Positions 59,172-64,000 of a stretch of DNA of 64,000 bases are shown piece after piece. Numbering within the stretch: the first letter of the stretch is position 1; each line of letters opens with the position of its first letter. The position numbers and the translations under genes were made by a program. The notes under the pieces are model-generated. The model did not search any database, was not told the DNA's origin, and saw only the letters and a program-made list of their open reading frames with translations. Where the stretch lies: contig CAZCME010000011.1 of NCBI GenBank assembly GCA_964499705.1, positions 1 through 64,000 on the forward strand. Direction: 5' to 3'. This DNA comes from an uncultured bacterium. Its GTDB lineage: Bacteria > UBA8481.

Positions 59172-59177
59172 AAAATA

Positions 59178-61457
59178 ATGATGAATAATCTCAATCCCGA
59201 GCAGCTCGCCGCCGTCACGACGACCGAAGGGCCGCTCCTCATCTTCGCCGGCGCCGGTAGCGGAAAGACGCGCGTCATCTGCCACCGCATCGCGCACCTG
59301 ATCACGGACAAGCACGTCGATCCCGGCGAGATCCTCGCCGTCACGTTCACCAACAAGGCCGCGAACGAGATGAAGGAGCGCGTGGAGCACCTGACCGGGC
59401 TCGCCACGAGAAACCTCTGGGTCTCCACCTTTCACAGCGCGGCGGTGCGCATGCTCCGATCCGATCTCCCTCGCATTGGGCGTCCCCGCGACTTCACGAT
59501 CTACGACGACGACGACTCGGAGAAACTCCTGAGGCTCATCATCCGTGAACGTGGGCTCGATCCGAAGGAAGATAAGCCGGCGGTCTTCTCCGAGATCATC
59601 AGCCGCGCCAAGGATGAGCTGCTTCCGCCCGATGCGTGGCTCGATAAGAGCAGGATGCCCCGGGCGAAGGCGGAACTGGCTCACGCGATCTACGCGGACT
59701 ACCAGCGACGGCTCCGTGCCGCCAACTCGCTTGACTTCGGCGATCTCCTCTTCGAGGTCGTGCGGCTCCTCGAACACAAGGAAGTCCTGGAACGGTATCA
59801 TGAGAAATTCCGGTATATTCTCGTCGACGAATACCAGGACACGAACGCGGCGCAGTGCCGGATGATCCAGCTTCTCGCGTCGAAGCACAGGAATCTCTGC
59901 GTCGTCGGCGACGACGATCAGTCGATCTACGAGTGGCGCGGAGCCGACCGCAGGAATATTCTCGCGTTCGAGTCGGCCTACCCCGACGCGAAGGTCGTCC
60001 TGTTGAATCGCAACTACCGGTCCACGCAGCCGATCCTCTCGGCCGCGTCCAGCCTCATCAACTTCAATGTCCGCCCCAGGGACAAGACGCTCGTCACGGA
60101 CAAGACGGGCGGTCAGGCGCCTCAGGCGATCTGCGTCGCATCGGAATACAGGGAGGCCGAGAGCATTCTCGACCTCATCCGCGCGAACGTCCGCAAGGGC
60201 GACAAGCTCGCCGACCACGCCGTCTTCTTCCGGACGCACGCGCAATCGCGCGTCATGGAGGAGACGCTGTCCGGATCGGGGATTCCCTACCAGCTCCTGT
60301 CCGGCCTCTCCTTCTACCAGCGCGCGGAGATCAAGGATGTGATGGCCTGGCTGCGGCTCGTGCATAATCCCGCCGACGATGTCTCCCTGAGGCGCATCAT
60401 CAACAATCCTCCACGTGGCATCGGCGAGACAACGTTGGCGCGCATCGCCGGCGCGTCGGCCGGGCGCAATCTCTTCGAGACGATGCGGACGATCGAGGGC
60501 GTCGGCGAGATCAGCGAAGGGCTGCGCCGGAAGATCAGGGAGTTCACGGCGCTCATCCATAAGTTCGCCGACCAGGTGCTCGACCTGGGCATCGCCGAGC
60601 TTCTGGAACTCGTGCTGGAGGAGACGAAGTATCTGGAGCAATACGAGACGGGCGACGAAGCGGACGAGGCCCGGATCGAGAACGTCCGAGAGCTTCTCTC
60701 CGTCGCGGAGGAGTTCCAGTCTTCGACCGATGATCCTTCGCTCGAAGCCTTTCTCGAACGAACCGCGCTCGCCATGGACGTCGACAAGCTCGATCCGGAC
60801 GCGGATGCCGTCCTCCTGTCGTCCATGCACTCGGCGAAGGGGCTCGAATTCAAGCACGTCTTCATCATCGGCTGCGAGGAGACGCTCTTTCCGCACTCGC
60901 GCGCCTACAACAGTTCCAATCCGCAGGCCATCGAGGAGGAGCGCCGACTGGCATATGTCGGCATGACCCGCGCGATGGAAACGCTGCGCCTTTATTACTG
61001 CATGGAGCGCCGCCTGTATGGGCGCCTGATGACCAATGCGCCATCGCGTTTCATCCACGAAGCCGGGATAGAACTTCCGGTCGGCACCCGCATCCTGCGG
61101 AACGATTTTTCGCGAAGCTCCTGGTCACGGAACGAGAACGATTGGCTGACGGACTCCGGATACGCGGATTCAAATCTCCTGCGTAAAAGCGCGCCAGCTC
61201 GAACCGCACGGCAAAGCGCCCTGCGCCGGGACGCTCCCCGGGACGTCACTCCTCCCCTGCCGCTGTCCGTTCCGCCGGACAAGCCGGAACTCTGCGGAAA
61301 GCTCAGCGAAGGAGATTCCGTCCGCCACCGCAAGTTCGGTCTCGGCCGCGTCATCTACGTCTCCGACTCGGGCGATGAAAATGAAGTCCTCCGGATCCAG
61401 TTCCCATCCGGGATCAAGCAGTTGATGAGCCGGTACGCGAACCTGGAGAAGGCCTGA
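59178..61457 (+). CDS. pcrA: UvrD/PcrA ATP-dependent DNA helicase
   Basis: AGAGSGKT, VDEYQDTN, VGDDDQSIY, NYRST, HSAKGLEF, EEERRLAYVGMTRA, C-terminal HRKFGLG. Confidence 0.95.
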   Translation: MMNNLNPEQLAAVTTTEGPLLIFAGAGSGKTRVICHRIAHLITDKHVDPGEILAVTFTNKAANEMKERVEHLTGLATRNLWVSTFHSAAVRMLRSDLPRIGRPRDFTIYDDDDSEKLLRLIIRERGLDPKEDKPAVFSEIISRAKDELLPPDAWLDKSRMPRAKAELAHAIYADYQRRLRAANSLDFGDLLFEVVRLLEHKEVLERYHEKFRYILVDEYQDTNAAQCRMIQLLASKHRNLCVVGDDDQSIYEWRGADRRNILAFESAYPDAKVVLLNRNYRSTQPILSAASSLINFNVRPRDKTLVTDKTGGQAPQAICVASEYREAESILDLIRANVRKGDKLADHAVFFRTHAQSRVMEETLSGSGIPYQLLSGLSFYQRAEIKDVMAWLRLVHNPADDVSLRRIINNPPRGIGETTLARIAGASAGRNLFETMRTIEGVGEISEGLRRKIREFTALIHKFADQVLDLGIAELLELVLEETKYLEQYETGDEADEARIENVRELLSVAEEFQSSTDDPSLEAFLERTALAMDVDKLDPDADAVLLSSMHSAKGLEFKHVFIIGCEETLFPHSRAYNSSNPQAIEEERRLAYVGMTRAMETLRLYYCMERRLYGRLMTNAPSRFIHEAGIELPVGTRILRNDFSRSSWSRNENDWLTDSGYADSNLLRKSAPARTARQSALRRDAPRDVTPPLPLSVPPDKPELCGKLSEGDSVRHRKFGLGRVIYVSDSGDENEVLRIQFPSGIKQLMSRYANLEKA

Positions 61458-61481
61458 CAGAGCACCCGATCCTCCGGCCGG

Positions 61482-63311
61482 CTACACCCTCACCCGCATC
61501 AGGTTCTGCTCGCGCGAGACGCCCTTCAGCGTGGCGGCGAACATGTCGGTCCGAGCATTCCGCGCGGCCAGCAGGGAGGCGATCTCGGGATCTCCATACA
61601 GGTTCTCCGACAGAATGATGTCGTCTCCCGACGATTCGCCGTGCAGTCGCGCGGCGACATTGACGGTGCGGCCGAAATAGTCGAGCCGGTCGTTGGAGTT
61701 CACGGCGATCACCGGGCCGCGGTGCGCGCCGAGCTTCAACGAGATCGCCTCGACCATGTTTTCGCGAGCGTTGAATTCCATCACCTTCGACTGGATGTCG
61801 AGACAGGTCGCGACGGCGGAGCGGCCTGAAGCGAAGACGGCCATGACGGAATCCCCGATCGTCTTGACGATGGCTCCATTGTGTGACCGGATCCGTTCCT
61901 CGAGAAATGCGAAATGCTGCCGAACAAGGGCGTAGGCGCGGGCGTCGCCGACTTTTTCGTACAGCTCGGTCGAGGACTTGAGATCGGAGAAGACGATCGC
62001 CAGGGAGCGGATGGAGAGATCGTTCTCCGGAGCCAGGACTTCCGCGTCGAAGAGATCGCGGAAATCCTGCAGCGCCGTCACCATGGCCGCCGACGCGGCT
62101 TTTTCTCCCCAGTCTTCCTCCTCCAGGATGAACAGCATTTCCGTGCCGCATTCATTCGTCACCTGAAGATCGATGCGTTCGCCCGTGAAGAGAATCTCGG
62201 CGGGCTGGAATCCGTCGGGCTTCGCCAGCACCGCGTTGCGCCGATTCTCGCTCCCTTCGATCCATTCGATCCGGCCGTAACCTTTGACCTGCGGCGAACG
62301 GATTCGAAACCGGTCGCGCGACAAGGCGACGGATATCTCCCTCGTCTCCCCGGCGGGAATCCGAGCCTGGCAGACGATGTGCCGCGTGTTCGCGGGCCCT
62401 CCGATGCAGTACACCGCATCGAGCGTTTTCCGCATGATCGGGTGGATCGTGAACCGCACCTCCACGGCCTGGTCGAAATCGAGATCGAACTTCATGCCGC
62501 ATGCGTCGCAGGATCCCTCATTCCGGAGATCGCGGAGCGTGGCCACCTCTCCCTTGGCGCCGCGGCAATGCGGGCAGATCGGAACCCATTTCATGTCGAG
62601 TATCCCGACCTGGGTCGCCGCGAGAAATGTCCGCAGCACGTCCATCCGGTTCTCGCCCCATTGGTCCGCAAGAGCGAACGGCCGCATGCGGATCAGGTCG
62701 TCATCCTGCGCCTCCCGGCAATACTCCAGGAATTTTCCGAGAATCCTCTTCTTCAATTCATGATCGATCCGGACGGCGGCCGCGAGAATCGCGTCCTCGT
62801 TCAGATGACTCTTCAGAACGGTCCCCTGGAACGGCTTGCGAACTTTCCCCTTGAGATAATCCTCGATCTGCCGAACACCCCGCGTGAAATCCGACAGCAC
62901 CTTGCGGCCCATGAGGTTCGCGACGACGACACCCATCCCGCCCCGGGGAACGAATCTCCCTTCGATATGCACCCTGGTGCGACCGGCGACCGCGCCTGCC
63001 GCGTCGAGTCTTTCGAGAGCGAAGATCCCGGTCATCTTCGCCAGCGGTCCGCCGACATACTCCCGCTCGACGGAAAATCCTTCATGGCGAACCCATTCGA
63101 AGGGATTTTCGCGCCAGGCGAGAGGGACCGGCCCCATCCGCGCGGATGCCATGCGCGCCGTCGTTCCGTCGGGAAGCGGCACATTTCGATATGTGACGGC
63201 GGGAAGGCCGATCGACCGGTTCATCCGGTCGGTATCGGAGACGTACTCCCAGATCTCCTCGGGAGGAAAATCCACGATGACATCCGTGGCGAAGATGATC
63301 GGATCGGCCAT
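61482..63311 (-). CDS. SRPBCC + DUF5939-like + class III adenylate/guanylate cyclase
   Basis: SDTDRMNR; CPHC..CDAC, CIGGP; FSDLKSST, VKTIGDSVM, DYFGRTVNVAARL. Confidence 0.9.
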   Translation of the reverse strand: MADPIIFATDVIVDFPPEEIWEYVSDTDRMNRSIGLPAVTYRNVPLPDGTTARMASARMGPVPLAWRENPFEWVRHEGFSVEREYVGGPLAKMTGIFALERLDAAGAVAGRTRVHIEGRFVPRGGMGVVVANLMGRKVLSDFTRGVRQIEDYLKGKVRKPFQGTVLKSHLNEDAILAAAVRIDHELKKRILGKFLEYCREAQDDDLIRMRPFALADQWGENRMDVLRTFLAATQVGILDMKWVPICPHCRGAKGEVATLRDLRNEGSCDACGMKFDLDFDQAVEVRFTIHPIMRKTLDAVYCIGGPANTRHIVCQARIPAGETREISVALSRDRFRIRSPQVKGYGRIEWIEGSENRRNAVLAKPDGFQPAEILFTGERIDLQVTNECGTEMLFILEEEDWGEKAASAAMVTALQDFRDLFDAEVLAPENDLSIRSLAIVFSDLKSSTELYEKVGDARAYALVRQHFAFLEERIRSHNGAIVKTIGDSVMAVFASGRSAVATCLDIQSKVMEFNARENMVEAISLKLGAHRGPVIAVNSNDRLDYFGRTVNVAARLHGESSGDDIILSENLYGDPEIASLLAARNARTDMFAATLKGVSREQNLMRVRV

Positions 63312-63352
63312 GAAAAAACGTTACTAGCCCGGGACGGCCGTGACAAGGACAG

Positions 63353-64000
63353 CTATGCCGGTCCCGCGCCTTCCCGCCCGACCGGTTCCAGCAACCTGTC
63401 CAGCAGTTCCGCCAGCATGCCCGCGTCGGGCAGCGCGCGCCCCGCCCGATCGCGAACCGTCGTTCCCGGAACCAAATCCATGGCCGCCTTCAACGACGGG
63501 AGGTTCATCGTGCCGGACGTGCGCAACACAGGTTCGAGAACCTCGCATCCGAAATAGACACCCTCCCCGTCCGCGGCGAATCCATAGGCACGGCAGACCA
63601 GCGGCCGCGATTCATAGATGGAGCATCGGCCGTTTTCGAGAAGCGGACAGGGTCCCATGAGATTGACCGGTTCAACGTCCTGTGGTTTCGCATCCAGCCG
63701 GCCCACGGCGGCATGCACCGCCCCGATGAGATCCGTCGCGACTTCCGCGGGTTCACCCGTGCTGATCCTCGCCGACAACGCAGCGATGCGTTGGCGAATC
63801 CTGTCCCGCAGTCCCGGGTCCAGCGCCGCCACTCCCCGAGCCGCCTCCCTGGCTTCGATGGCCGTGACCGGAAGAGCGGCCGATCGTTCGCAGCACTTCG
63901 AGCACGGATTCGGACAGCGAAACTCCGCCGGCCACGAAGCGCGGTCCCGCGTTTCCGCTTCCGTCCAGGCGTCATACACGACCGAAAGTTTCGCCAGGGA
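63353..64000 (-). CDS. YkgJ-family CxxCxxCC cysteine cluster protein (5' partial)
   Basis: CPNPCSKCC, CPLLENGRCSIYESRPLVCR; frame open to window edge. Confidence 0.85.
   Translation of the reverse strand, partial: SLAKLSVVYDAWTEAETRDRASWPAEFRCPNPCSKCCERSAALPVTAIEAREAARGVAALDPGLRDRIRQRIAALSARISTGEPAEVATDLIGAVHAAVGRLDAKPQDVEPVNLMGPCPLLENGRCSIYESRPLVCRAYGFAADGEGVYFGCEVLEPVLRTSGTMNLPSLKAAMDLVPGTTVRDRAGRALPDAGMLAELLDRLLEPVGREGAGPA

Overview
High-GC bacterial chromosomal window with about 45 CDS and one tRNA-Leu(UAA); no integrase, transposase or CRISPR array was recognised. Housekeeping and metabolic genes include groES/groEL, cysH/cysC, a eukaryote-type citrate synthase, carbamate kinase, YgeY/YgeW/dihydropyrimidinase and UvrD/PcrA. 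Three nucleotide cyclases (two class III, one class I) and two MMPL transporters are present. The most interesting items are: (1) seven or eight AT-richer intergenic elements built from 7-, 8- or 9-nt tandem units, mostly long inverted repeats that start at stop codons and bracket gene modules; (2) a candidate sigma54-dependent, multi-hairpin ~197-nt ncRNA at 19973-20169; (3) a radical SAM/arsenite-methyltransferase fusion heading a glycosyltransferase/GH113 operon; (4) a YceI - type III PKS - U32 Fe-S protein operon, possibly an O2-independent polyketide quinone/phenolic lipid pathway; (5) a CHASE2 cyclase lacking the catalytic Asn/Arg, coupled to a probable upstream cyclase paralogue; (6) a membrane-anchored Schlafen/AlbA_2 protein. 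All calls come from motif recognition by eye; no database searches or folding programs were run.
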